DNA of 64,000 nucleotides from Caecitellus pseudoparvulus (taxonomy: Eukaryota; Protista; Bigyra: Bicosoecida), in contig CBFFRQ010000053.1 in NCBI GenBank assembly GCA_965644315.1, forward strand, positions 248,001 through 312,000. The letters run 5' to 3'. Under the pieces are notes generated by a model. That model ran no database searches, was not told the DNA's origin, and saw nothing but the letters and a program-made list of their open reading frames with translations. Below are positions 33,274 to 43,535 of this stretch, piece after piece. The position numbers and the translations under genes were made by a program. How positions within the stretch are numbered: the first letter of the stretch is position 1; every line of letters starts with the position of its first letter.

Positions 33274-36200
33274 TCAAATACTCACTGCGCTGGACATGAA
33301 CTTCGGGTTCACGCTGTTGCATGGGAATCTGCGCGGCCTGCCATCGTTGGGCTCCACCAGCTCGTCTGCCGCCAAGTCCCGGCCAGGCAAAGGCAACAGT
33401 GGGATGGTGTCTCGCTGCGCGAGCGCATTCTGCGCATCGATTGCGTTCGAGAGCCTGCACAGATCCTCGCGGAACGTGTGCCACGCTGCTTTGCTCTCGC
33501 GCAATTGGGTCTTCGTTCCCGTGAGCAAGTGGTCAAAGTTGGCCATGAGCATGGGCTGGGCTTTTGCCGTGATCATGGCAATGCCGTTCATCTGGAAAGC
33601 AGTCTGCAGGCCGGCGAGGTTGCTGTGCTTGGGGTCATACGGCTCCAACTTGGATGCCGCCCAGCCCGCATCAGAGACGTAAGCAGACACCCGCCCAAAC
33701 TGCAGGTGGGAGGCAGTGACCTTCACAATGATGGTCGACAGCACTGTCACCAAGCTGGCACAGTCATGAATGTGGGGGAGCATGGTGCGGCTAAAGGCGT
33801 GCAAGCCATCGTCGAAGGCGTGCAGGTCGTCGTCCGCAAGCACCCTCATGCGGCACTCGTCACCTCGGCCGTAGTACGCCGCAACGTACTCAGACACAAA
33901 GTTGTGCACGATGCGGTCAAAGCGCCGGGTATCAGCACCCCAAGGGTACAACCACTCTGGCACGTCATCCATGCCTCGTGCAGCGATCTGGGCTGTCGCA
34001 TTGGCGAACACGACATTCTCGTACGAGTATCGGAAGGCCTGCTTCATTCCATTCCAGGACAGCGCAACAGCCCTGTGCAGCATGCCGTTGCGAGAGAGCA
34101 GCGTGGCGATGGAGCCCTTGTTGATCCACACTGTCTTGTACGTAAACGGGGTCAACAGGCGCCGCAGGGGGTGGGTTGTCGGCAAGTTTTCCCTGGTCGC
34201 CGTCACCGCCGCGTTGGACAGGGTAGCATGCAAGCCCACCAAGTGATCGCGCAGGGTCACACCAACGACCAAGCTCGACCTCCACACAAACTTGGCACGG
34301 TCCCACTCCAGCCCATCACGCGGGTTGAACCAGGCCCCTGCAGCGAGGCTTTCCGCGTTGGGAGCTGCGTTCCAGACGATGCCCACGACATCACCATTGT
34401 CGTCGAAGAAGGCTGCAGCGCCATAGCGCTCGAACGTGCCCCGTGTCTCCAGCCCAGACATCCAAGTGAAGTCTGAGACAAACTCGCAACCAGTCAAATC
34501 GCCTGGCGCCCCAGGCAGGGAGCCCCACTGCTTGCGCTGCGCAGGTGTGAGCCGGGTGATGGCATGGGCGCCCATGCCCACGAAGGCGATCTTGGCCACA
34601 GCATCATCGGTCAGCATCGTGGGCCAAGGCATCAGTGTTGGGGGGAGGCGAGTCTTGGCACGTGTGGAAGCGTCCAGCATGGACACGCTCTCGGCCGCGT
34701 CAGCGAAGGCCAGGTGCAAGTCAGCCTCTTGGGCATCCCCGAAGATGAGCGTGCTACGCAGCAGCTGCTGTGCAAAGTCCCCGAAGCCTTCTGAAAAGCT
34801 GCTCGAGCTGGCCCCAGCGTCCTCGTCCTCGATGGGGATTGGGACACCGAACACCGTCACCTGCTTCTTCAAGCGCCGGTGCCATCGGGGCCTGGGCACA
34901 ACACTGCCATTTGGCGTCGGGCCTTGGGCGTCCAGCACTCCCTTGGAGAGGGCTTGGTACAGCAGTTTGGCATTCAGGTCAAGCTTGTGAAACTTGGAGT
35001 TCAGGGCTGGGGAGCAGGAGTCAGCTGGCAGTGGCTTGGCTTCCTGTCGGGAGACCGGGAAGATGCCGTTGGGGCACGTAAAGTCTGCGGGCGCATCAAC
35101 GCCGCCAAGGGGGTCGATGTTGGCTGTTCCCCAGTTGCACAGGGGCATGTTCTCCAAGAAGCTCACACCCAGCCACAAACCAAGGCTTGCCACCATAACA
35201 GCAGCAGCGCCTGCAAGTATTGTCCAGCACGAACAGTCCGCGCGGAGACGACGGAACCTTCGAGACCGAGTTGGCGTCATCTGAACACTGACTTGTGCGT
35301 GGCCAGGCTTCCACAGGATGCGGCCGCCAGCCAAGATTCTCTGTGACGCAATGTTTGTTTGCTGCATCAAGTCGTCCATCACGGGGATGGCATGAATGAC
35401 TGCGGGGATGTACAGGATGCTGTCACCCAGCCTGGACAGCAGGTGGAAGGCTTGTCCGCTCGCAAGGTAGTTCGGCCAGAACAAATCAGCCACGCCCCAG
35501 AACCCTCCAATGAAGCCCAGCCAGAGGGCGAAGCCTTCAAAAGTCGGTGGCATCGCTCGCTGCAGGGGCCGAGGCATGCAGCCACGGCAGCGGTCCCACT
35601 GGCGCTCCGCATAGGCCTGGCGGGAATCATCGCCTCCGGCTTCGTCTGCGATGACTGGATCATCATACCCCTTGCACCACCAAAACCAAGCTACAGTGTA
35701 CATGACACACGCAGCTGCAGGCATGTAGTACATGGACGCGAACAGCTGTAGGTTGAAGTGGGGGTCAACGGCATGAGCATACTGAATCAGCAGCGTCACG
35801 AAGCCAAAGCTGGCCCAAATCGGCCACTCAGAAAGGGGTGCTGCATGCTTCATGACGGTACCGTCTTGTAAGGCGCCGCCTTGCACGACCAGCGGGCTGC
35901 CACTGCCCGATCGCAAATCAGAGTCAGCGTCGACGGGGGCAGAGCGCTCTGACTTCCTGCGACGCCCAGCGCCCCGCCCAGGAGATCTTGAAGGGCTAGA
36001 GTCGCTCATCGATGGCATGGTCTCGACACTGCGCTTGGTTGTAACGTGGGCCTGCGCAGCAAGAAGGCGCCGGCGCTGGCCCCAATACTGCACCGCCTGC
36101 AGGAAGATGCGGGCGTAGAACACTGCCGCCAGATTCTGCAGGTGGTAGAAGAAGACAGACTCATTGCCCAGAAAGTTCCACACGATTCCATTCATCCCTT

Positions 36201-37863
36201 GTGCTGCCAAGTACCCGACGTAGTTGCCAGTTGCAGGGCCAAATGTGCGGGTGCCCTGCAAACAACAGGTCACCACGGAAAGCCACGCAATGCAAGCAAA
36301 GCAGGCGCCCGTCCAGACCAACCAGCCAAAGTTGTCCATCACAGGGATATGGCTGAAATTATAGTCACCGTCTGGCGTCAGGGACCCATCGGGGAGGTAC
36401 CCAGGGGGCAGTTGAGGGGCAAAGGTATCCAGCAGAGTCATGACAGTTGCCTTGGACAGCTCACGCCCAGGGCAGCCACGAGTGGCCATGGAGGTGTTCA
36501 ATGAGCCCCCCGCCCACGCAGCCTCGGGGCCATTCCATGTCAAAATGTCTCCCTGCGTGTCCCGCGTTGGGTCAAACTCGCCTGCACGCTGCGCGCTGTT
36601 GCCAGGTCCACCGAAGACGACCTTGTCTTGGTTCGCGGTGCCAATAAAGTACACGATGGGCGTACCCGCCGGGTACGTCACCGTTGTCGGGGACCCGAAC
36701 CAGTTTGGGAACGACGCGTGGAAAGGGGTGTCACGCACAGTGCTGAACCAGGTCACCGCAGGGTTCACTCGAGCACTCTCCAAAAGGTATGCAGGCTTGT
36801 TTGCGTTCCACAGTGGCATGTGATACCGCACGTCTGATCTCACACGCTTGAACAGGGCACTTGCCAGGGAGGATGAGCCCAGGAGGCCGGCGAACAAGAA
36901 GCCGTCCGACAGCTGCCGCAAGAAGTCTTTCACGGCGCCGTCCACGGCGGCGGGAGGGAGGGGGCTCCCGAACGCCTGTACATAAGCATCCTGGAAGACG
37001 CCTTTTGCTCGCTGCCCTACGGGGGATTGAGTGACCAGTTCAGTCGTCAGCTTGCGGATGTCACGGACGGCACCCAGCCCTGCCATCTCAGTCAGCGGCC
37101 ACAGGGACGCATCCAGGACGCACGCTCCAGGGGCCTTGTCCATGTACGGCGCGATGGCATCCACTTGCTCCTGTGTCAGTGCAAGTTCAAACATGCGCTC
37201 GAAGACTGTGGCCACAAGGGTCTTCTTCCAAGCTACATCCATCAGCTTGTCGGCCTGTTCAGCTTGCCCCAGCGCGTAGAGCTTCTCCGCCTGCTTCCGC
37301 AGGTCTTCCTGGGCTGGGAGCATACTGAGCTTAAATCCGCGCGGCGTGACTTGCAAACCCTTCACAAGCTTGGAAATGGTGGAACGAATGCGCGTGTGAT
37401 TGGCACCGTTGGGCACGAAAATCAAGGTATCAGAGGGCAGGCAGCCAGGCGAAGGCTGGAAAGCCCCGAGCAGCCACTGGCGCTGCTGCTGAGATGCCAT
37501 GACGGCCGTGACATCCTCATGCCGAGTCAAGGCGACACCGTGAAAGAACGGCACCATATCTCCGTTGATGCTCTGCAGACGCTGCATGACGCGAACCTGG
37601 TCACTCTCATCAGCCACGAAGACCGGCATGAACAGCAGGAAGCCAGAGAGGGCCCCGACCACCTTCTCAATGGGTGAAAATGGGAAGGCTTTCATCCAGG
37701 GGTTCTTCGCGATGGTGATGTGGATGTCTCCGTGCAGTGCAAGGAGCTGCGTGCGCCCCGAGTCGGAGCTTAGCAGTCCAGCATAGAGACACAGCACCAG
37801 CACGATGCACCAGCACAGGGAAAACTTGTTCAGCACCCGATTGGGGTGCCATTCCTTCCCCAT
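33274..37863 (-). CDS. Fusion protein: signal anchor + CYP74-like cytochrome P450 + multi-pass TM module + lipoxygenase
   Basis: P450 motifs: ExxR (ESAR, aa 362), FDPTR meander, WNGPE...RGCPG heme Cys464. LOX motifs: WDRAKF, HLVGLH (H1207/H1212), AT.ENL...HPL.RLL.PF...T..IN, YPWGAD, ASH (H1386) and terminal SAVSI. About 8 hydrophobic segments at aa 512-903. Uninterrupted 1529-aa ORF. Confidence 0.85.
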   Translation of the reverse strand: MGKEWHPNRVLNKFSLCWCIVLVLCLYAGLLSSDSGRTQLLALHGDIHITIAKNPWMKAFPFSPIEKVVGALSGFLLFMPVFVADESDQVRVMQRLQSINGDMVPFFHGVALTRHEDVTAVMASQQQRQWLLGAFQPSPGCLPSDTLIFVPNGANHTRIRSTISKLVKGLQVTPRGFKLSMLPAQEDLRKQAEKLYALGQAEQADKLMDVAWKKTLVATVFERMFELALTQEQVDAIAPYMDKAPGACVLDASLWPLTEMAGLGAVRDIRKLTTELVTQSPVGQRAKGVFQDAYVQAFGSPLPPAAVDGAVKDFLRQLSDGFLFAGLLGSSSLASALFKRVRSDVRYHMPLWNANKPAYLLESARVNPAVTWFSTVRDTPFHASFPNWFGSPTTVTYPAGTPIVYFIGTANQDKVVFGGPGNSAQRAGEFDPTRDTQGDILTWNGPEAAWAGGSLNTSMATRGCPGRELSKATVMTLLDTFAPQLPPGYLPDGSLTPDGDYNFSHIPVMDNFGWLVWTGACFACIAWLSVVTCCLQGTRTFGPATGNYVGYLAAQGMNGIVWNFLGNESVFFYHLQNLAAVFYARIFLQAVQYWGQRRRLLAAQAHVTTKRSVETMPSMSDSSPSRSPGRGAGRRRKSERSAPVDADSDLRSGSGSPLVVQGGALQDGTVMKHAAPLSEWPIWASFGFVTLLIQYAHAVDPHFNLQLFASMYYMPAAACVMYTVAWFWWCKGYDDPVIADEAGGDDSRQAYAERQWDRCRGCMPRPLQRAMPPTFEGFALWLGFIGGFWGVADLFWPNYLASGQAFHLLSRLGDSILYIPAVIHAIPVMDDLMQQTNIASQRILAGGRILWKPGHAQVSVQMTPTRSRRFRRLRADCSCWTILAGAAAVMVASLGLWLGVSFLENMPLCNWGTANIDPLGGVDAPADFTCPNGIFPVSRQEAKPLPADSCSPALNSKFHKLDLNAKLLYQALSKGVLDAQGPTPNGSVVPRPRWHRRLKKQVTVFGVPIPIEDEDAGASSSSFSEGFGDFAQQLLRSTLIFGDAQEADLHLAFADAAESVSMLDASTRAKTRLPPTLMPWPTMLTDDAVAKIAFVGMGAHAITRLTPAQRKQWGSLPGAPGDLTGCEFVSDFTWMSGLETRGTFERYGAAAFFDDNGDVVGIVWNAAPNAESLAAGAWFNPRDGLEWDRAKFVWRSSLVVGVTLRDHLVGLHATLSNAAVTATRENLPTTHPLRRLLTPFTYKTVWINKGSIATLLSRNGMLHRAVALSWNGMKQAFRYSYENVVFANATAQIAARGMDDVPEWLYPWGADTRRFDRIVHNFVSEYVAAYYGRGDECRMRVLADDDLHAFDDGLHAFSRTMLPHIHDCASLVTVLSTIIVKVTASHLQFGRVSAYVSDAGWAASKLEPYDPKHSNLAGLQTAFQMNGIAMITAKAQPMLMANFDHLLTGTKTQLRESKAAWHTFREDLCRLSNAIDAQNALAQRDTIPLLPLPGRDLAADELVEPNDGRPRRFPCNSVNPKFMSSAVSI

Positions 37864-38488
37864 CCTTCACGTGCCTGCGTGGGTTTGCGAGGGAGTATCA
37901 AGGGCTGCTTCGCCGCGTAGTAGTGTAGGCGTACGGACATCCGGCTTCGGCAAAGACAAGGCTGGCGGAGCCGGCGAGGGCCCCGGCTGGCCATTCATGA
38001 GGAGGGACATGCAGTGCGACCACGTGGTTCAATGACATTGCAAGACCAGGGACACGCTGGGGCACGTTCACGAGGCCAGTGCCCGTCCGATGCGGAGCAA
38101 GCACAACAAGCGGCCGCCGGCGTGGTGGCCAACCGTGAAACCACCTGCTCTTTCGGCACTCAACACATGCCTACAGAGAGGAGGGGGCGGTGCATTGCGG
38201 CAAAAACAACGCACCTTCAGGGAGAAGTGCAACACGGGGAGCACCTTTGCAAAAGGTGCTTGAACAAGGGAGAAGGCCACGCTCTCGACGCGCGGACGGT
38301 GCAGGTCGCTCAGCGACACAAGCAGACTTCAAATGTCGGCCAATGCAGGCCCACAGGTGGAAGGTTGAGGATAGGCACGCACGCATGGCTCTTAAACCAT
38401 GGCATGCGAAGTGGTGAGAATGAGAAGTACCGCCCTGCAGGCACTGTGCGGCCCGCGTGCGCAGGACAACCCCGCGCCTGCGATGGTG

Positions 38489-39877
38489 TCAAGCTGGAGT
38501 GGACTGGCGCGGAACAGCCTCAATGCCAGGCTGTGTGGAGCCGCGGTGCCGACCAGGTCCTGCAGATTCAGGAGCAAGACCTGGCAGCGGGGCGTAATCA
38601 CCCAGGCTGGAGCTGCTCTCTGCCTTCAAGGGCCCATGCAGTGAGTCCTCTTGGGAAGGCAGCAGGAGCATTTGGCTGCTGCTGCTCGATGGCACGTAGC
38701 CGTTGCCCATGGGAGGCGGCTGGAAGGCGCCATGCTCATCGGAGGCGTCTGATATCGGGGTGAGGGTGTCTTGGTGATAGAAGCCCCCGACGTGGTTGGC
38801 TGTGCCGGTCCCAGCAGCGCCCGCCCCAATCACGCCTCTTGCGGCAACGTCTGAGGACAACCTCATGGACCACAGCCCAAAGACCATGGCACACGTCCAC
38901 AGCAGCAGCGTGCAGCCCACACCAGCCACTGCCAAGATCATGACAAACTGTCCCCCCTGCGTCGTGATTTCCCCCGGGTACGTCTCGTTGAAGTACACGT
39001 TCATGTCAGTCAGCGTCAGCCAGCTGCGGGGTCGACTGCGCGCGGGTGTGTAGTGCCAGCACGGAACCGAGGCTGCTGCCAGCAGTCGCTGCTGCAATGC
39101 TCTCGCTTCAGTCTCGCTGGCCATCGCAAAGCCATGGCAGGAAGGCGGCGCGAACAGCAGCTCGTAGCACGAGGGCTGTCCTGGCCCATTCCCCGCATGC
39201 CCGCCGTCAGCCGGCAGCAGTAGCTTGCACTGCTTGCCCATGTTGCAAAGGCTGATGGAGGCTGTGGGGTCCCCTCCCACAGGACCGCCAAAGGGGAGCA
39301 CATTCCACGCCCTGAAGCACTCAGCCCACTCCGGCACGCCCTCGCTGCCCATTGAGTACCATGCAGCATCGTCTGAGCGGCCGAACCACTCTGGGGGTGT
39401 GTCGTCATCCACGACCCGCCGGAGGTCCATCAAGGTGCGACGAGCAGCTACCCATGGCTGTGGCTGGGAAGCTGACCAGGTTACCTGGTCAGCTGCACCC
39501 TCCGCTTGCAGCCGCTGCCCCCCCCGCGTTGCAACGTGAGCACTGACCCTGGGGCACGCAGACAGCTCGAGCAGGGACACGTTATGCACAACGCACTGAC
39601 CAAGGGAGAAGCGGTGCTGAACTCGAGGTGTCGCAAGCCCTTTGTGAAAGGCCAGAGTGCCCCACTGGCGGTTGTGGCCGTTGTGCACGTGCAGGATGGG
39701 CTGCACCTTCTTGTGCACCACGACCAGCACGATGGTGGCAATGGCAGACAAGACGCCAGCCACACCCAGGCCCGCAGCGGCTTGAGCAGTGCAGTGGTAC
39801 CTGGATCGTGCTGCTTGGACTTGCCTGTCCACCTGGCTCACAGTCGTTGCCGCTGAAGAAGGTGAGCTGCGGCCCAT
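38489..39877 (-). CDS. Hypothetical two-TM membrane protein with Cys-rich central domain
   Basis: 462-aa ORF. Hydrophobic helices GLGVAGVLSAIATIVLVVV and FVMILAVAGVGCTLLLWTCAMVFGLW flank a Cys/Trp-rich region that contains NxS/T sequons. Confidence 0.55.
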   Translation of the reverse strand: MGRSSPSSAATTVSQVDRQVQAARSRYHCTAQAAAGLGVAGVLSAIATIVLVVVHKKVQPILHVHNGHNRQWGTLAFHKGLATPRVQHRFSLGQCVVHNVSLLELSACPRVSAHVATRGGQRLQAEGAADQVTWSASQPQPWVAARRTLMDLRRVVDDDTPPEWFGRSDDAAWYSMGSEGVPEWAECFRAWNVLPFGGPVGGDPTASISLCNMGKQCKLLLPADGGHAGNGPGQPSCYELLFAPPSCHGFAMASETEARALQQRLLAAASVPCWHYTPARSRPRSWLTLTDMNVYFNETYPGEITTQGGQFVMILAVAGVGCTLLLWTCAMVFGLWSMRLSSDVAARGVIGAGAAGTGTANHVGGFYHQDTLTPISDASDEHGAFQPPPMGNGYVPSSSSSQMLLLPSQEDSLHGPLKAESSSSLGDYAPLPGLAPESAGPGRHRGSTQPGIEAVPRQSTPA

Positions 39878-40006
39878 GGTGCGGAAATTGGCACGGCGCC
39901 GCAGCTCTCCAATGCAACAAACGGTCAGGCATGCACGGGCATCTGCATGACCAGCAACTCCATGCCCTGATTCAATGGGCTGCTTCCTCTGGGAGCGGAA
40001 TATACT

Positions 40007-42494
40007 TCATTGGGACGATCTGCGATCGCTGTCACTGAGCAACTGCACGAGCAGTAAGCCATGCTTCACTCCATGCTGGTGAGTTGCCTCCTCTGACAAG
40101 GCGTCGCCAGCAGCTCTGAGAAGGTCTTGTGTCTCCTTAAGTACTTCTGGTCCCTGGTGTGGAAGCGGGGTCGCAAACTCCTCAGGCGGGGGCAGGCCAT
40201 TGTCGAAGACAGCAGCTTCCACTCCGACGCCTGTGAACGTGCCACCCACATCCCACAAGTGCACTGGCGGTGGGGCTACGGAGACACCCTTCTCACGCAG
40301 CCACGCCCGCACCGTTGCTTGGGGTGCCCCAGGAGTCGTGACTGCTGCCAGGCGCTGAGCCAGGCCTGTGTGAGTTCGCGCGAGGGCATCTCCAATGTGG
40401 GGCGCCTGCGCCAGCGAAGCTGATGCAGCGATGGCAGCACCTGCCTCATCCAGCTCCCCAACCCCTGAAGCAGCGGTGTCAACCCGTCGGGGCCGCTTGG
40501 AGGCGGGTGGGCCCACTGTGGCCATCACCCCTGCATGGGGAATGCCTGCCAACACTTCTGCGGTGTTCAGCGGGCCCTGCACAGCCTCGTTGGTGTGGCT
40601 GCCCAGCACGCGCAGCACCGCCTCCCACGCCACCTGGCAGTCCAGGCTCGTGGGAGCACCTTGCTCCCCCACTCCTGTGTTCAGCAAGTCCGCTGACGTA
40701 CATGCAGTGACTGCCTCCCCAACCCTTGCAGCCAGGACCGGGTTCAGCATTGACACGAGGCAAGTGGAGAGCAGCCTTCGCAGGCGCTTCACCAGGACGA
40801 ACGGGTCCCGAGCAGCGTGCAGCCACAGTTGCTTATCAGCTCTGGACGCGATGTACGCCACCCATACAAGGGCTGCATCCACACTGTCTGGAGCTGCCGG
40901 CGCACATGCCCGCGTAATAGCATGCTCCGCAGCTCCCGACAGCGCGCCACCCCCCGATGCCGACTGCAGCAGTCCAGACAGAAGGGCACTGAAAGGCATG
41001 CTCTGGACACCCAGGGTAGATGCAAGCAGAACAGCATCCTGCAGGGGAGACAGTGCCTCAGGTGCAGGCGCGGCAGCTGCCGAGAAGCCAGGAGGCAAGG
41101 CGAACACCAGCCCAGCTCGTGAGGACAGGAGATCGTGCACGCGTTCATCTCGGCTGGAAGCGGCCATGCCAGGCAGTCCTGCCCGCACGATACGATCAAA
41201 TTGGGCTTGCGTCGCCACCGCCCCTAGTTCAGAGCCCACTGCACACGCGTGGTAGCCGGCGTTCAATGTACGTGCATCCTCCCCACCGGAAGCCGCCACT
41301 CCAGATTGGCCGGGGCCCCTGCCACACGGGGGGTACAAAATAGAGCTCAGCGGGGTCATTGGTGGCTCTGTTTGGACGGGAGGGACGCTGGACCTGGCCA
41401 CTGACGGGACCCCCACAGCGACACACTCGTCACAGAACCAGTCCCCTGCAGGTACCGTGCCCCCGGCTCCTCCCTGGCAATGCTGATGGAAGGCCCGGCC
41501 ACACCCAGTGTGGAAGCTCTCCGAGCCACACAGCACCACCGCGTTCGTGCCTCGGTCTTCCCCTGACCCGCACACAACGCAGTAGATGTGCTCCACCATT
41601 TCCACCTCGCCATTCACAGCGACAGGGCCGGCCTGGTCGACGTAGTCGCATCGCAGGCGGGCAAGGCGGCTTTGCTCCCGTTCCCAGTGGGCTTTCACTT
41701 TCTTCGCCACTGCTTCAGCCACGATGCGAACGTCGCTGCCGGCTGGGTTAAACGCATGGGCATTCAGCCAGATCTGGTTCAAACACGCCAGGAAGTCACG
41801 GACGGTGCGGATGCCAGTCTCGAAGCCCCACCCGCCGCGTCCACTGTCCTCCACAGCCCTCAGCTGCTTGTGGAGTTGGTCCAGCGACATGGGGCGCTTC
41901 ACAAAGCTCAGGTACGTGGGGAACTGCAAGGGCAACAGTGAGGCGTTTCAGCAATGACTGCCTGCGCGCACGCTCACCACACTCACCATGCTCACGTCCA
42001 CGGGCGCATCAAACCAGTGTGCGTAGGGGTGTGACTTGAGCACAAACTCCAAGAACTTCTGGCAAAACATCCGCACCCGCTTTCTGCATCAGCACCACAG
42101 GCACGTGCTCGGCCGGCACCATCGCGTGCATGAGCGCCTCACTCACCTACTGATGAAGCACATGCGGGCCTCAGTGACATCGCAGTCAATCAAATTCTTG
42201 GGCCTGTCACTTGGTGAGTGCCACTCGGGCTCCACTTGGCTCATGGACAACTCATGGGCCGTGATGGGGCGGAGGTCCTCCATGGCAGAAGGCTGCGGAA
42301 GTTGGACACTGATCAGGAGACGCCACGTGCGCTGGAATCGGTCCCGTCGCCAAACCTTGGATTGTGCACAGGTCCAGAAATGTGTACTGATCGCGCGGTG
42401 CAGCTTTCTCGTATGTCGCTTTGGTCATGTCACGCGTTTTGCTCGCAGTGCACAAGCGGCTGAGCACCATGCCGAGAATTGGTTTGAGTCGCAT
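40007..42494 (-). CDS. Bromodomain + PHD-finger chromatin reader (multi-exon; start uncertain)
   Basis: Spliced KSHPYAHWFDAPVDVSM|..FPTYLSFVKRPMSL..QIWLNAHAFNPAGSDV is a bromodomain with the conserved Asn. PHD C4HC3 pattern CVVC..LC..GCGRAFHQHC..WFCDEC. Confidence 0.8.
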
Positions 42495-42589
42495 GGAAGA
42501 TGGAATGGACTGGGCATTAATTTACTGTCGGCATATGGCCGTTCTCGGCGAGCCTGTGGTGGCTATGTCCACCAAGGCTGCAAGCTGTT

Positions 42590-43535
42590 TTACTTCTTTG
42601 TGCTGGCAGGGGCAGCTGGCGGCTTCTCATCGTAGTAGATGCGCACAAGGGTCTTCGCGACAAGAAGGTCGCCATCTGTGAACACAGTCTCCACGACGAG
42701 GTTTCCTGACAGCAGAGCTGCAGGGAGCATCCTCTCCTTCGGCGCTGCGATGATCGTTTGCTCCCACGTGTTGGTGCTGCCTGGGATCACAAACCCGAAC
42801 TTGAAGTCCCACTCCTCAGTGACTTTGCCGAAGACAATGACGCGCTGCTTCATCTTGAAGTTCTCCATGAGCTCTGTCGACTGAAAGCACACTTCCCGTG
42901 CCACGGCCGGGCACTGGAGGATGTCTGCTGGAATGTGCGCTGCGCCAGCCAGCAGCAAAGCGGAGTGAGTCGCCCGCGTGCAGGCTCACAGCAGGCCCCA
43001 CTCACCTGAGATTTCCGTGTCAAACATTTCTCCTCCCCTGCGTGACGAGAGCCGGCGAAAGGTTCCCCGAGCTCGGCCCTTGCCCGCTTGACCCCGTGCC
43101 GGTGAGCATGATCCGGCAACGGCAGACCCCTCCGCGCACTTATGCCTTGCGCTCTGGCGGCTCTAGACAGACACTCACCACTCGCCGCTTTCCCACTTGA
43201 GCTCTCGAGTGTCTGCATTCTTCATGGTCATGTACTTTCTGCAGGCGGAGCCGGGAAGGGGTGTGTAAAGTCAGCTAGGCACTGGTGCAGTGCACTACGC
43301 ACATGGAGAAGCCCTTCACGATTGCCACGGCCCGTGGATCATCGTTCACCATGATCTCGCCATCTGCTACGTCGGCTTCTTTCGCCTCAGCTGCCCCTGT
43401 TCCACCAAGCAGCGGCAACGTTCCAGCCCGGGCCGCGGCTGCCGGATGACTGCCAACAACAGCCTCGCGGTGGGGTGGACCGCTCTTGCCCTCCGGCGTG
43501 GAAGCTGGTGTGTCGAACTTGCTCTCTGAAGCCAT
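42590..43535 (-). CDS. PDE6D: PDE6D (PrBP/delta) prenyl-binding protein, 4 exons
   Basis: Spliced KGFSI|KYMTMKNADTRELKWESGEW|..EISA|HIPADILQCPAVAREVCFQS..EEWDFKFGFVIPGSTNTWEQTI..MLPAALLSGNLVVETVF..VRIYY. Confidence 0.92.

Noticed and set aside
11027-37863. Idea that the hydrolase and the P450-LOX fusion form an oxylipin gene cluster
   Set aside because: They are more than 20 kb apart with unrelated housekeeping genes between them, and nothing indicates linkage.
37870-38480. Possible small spliced gene between the P450-LOX gene and the two-TM gene
   Set aside because: Donor-like GTGCGT sites exist, but I could build no coherent exon chain or recognisable product.
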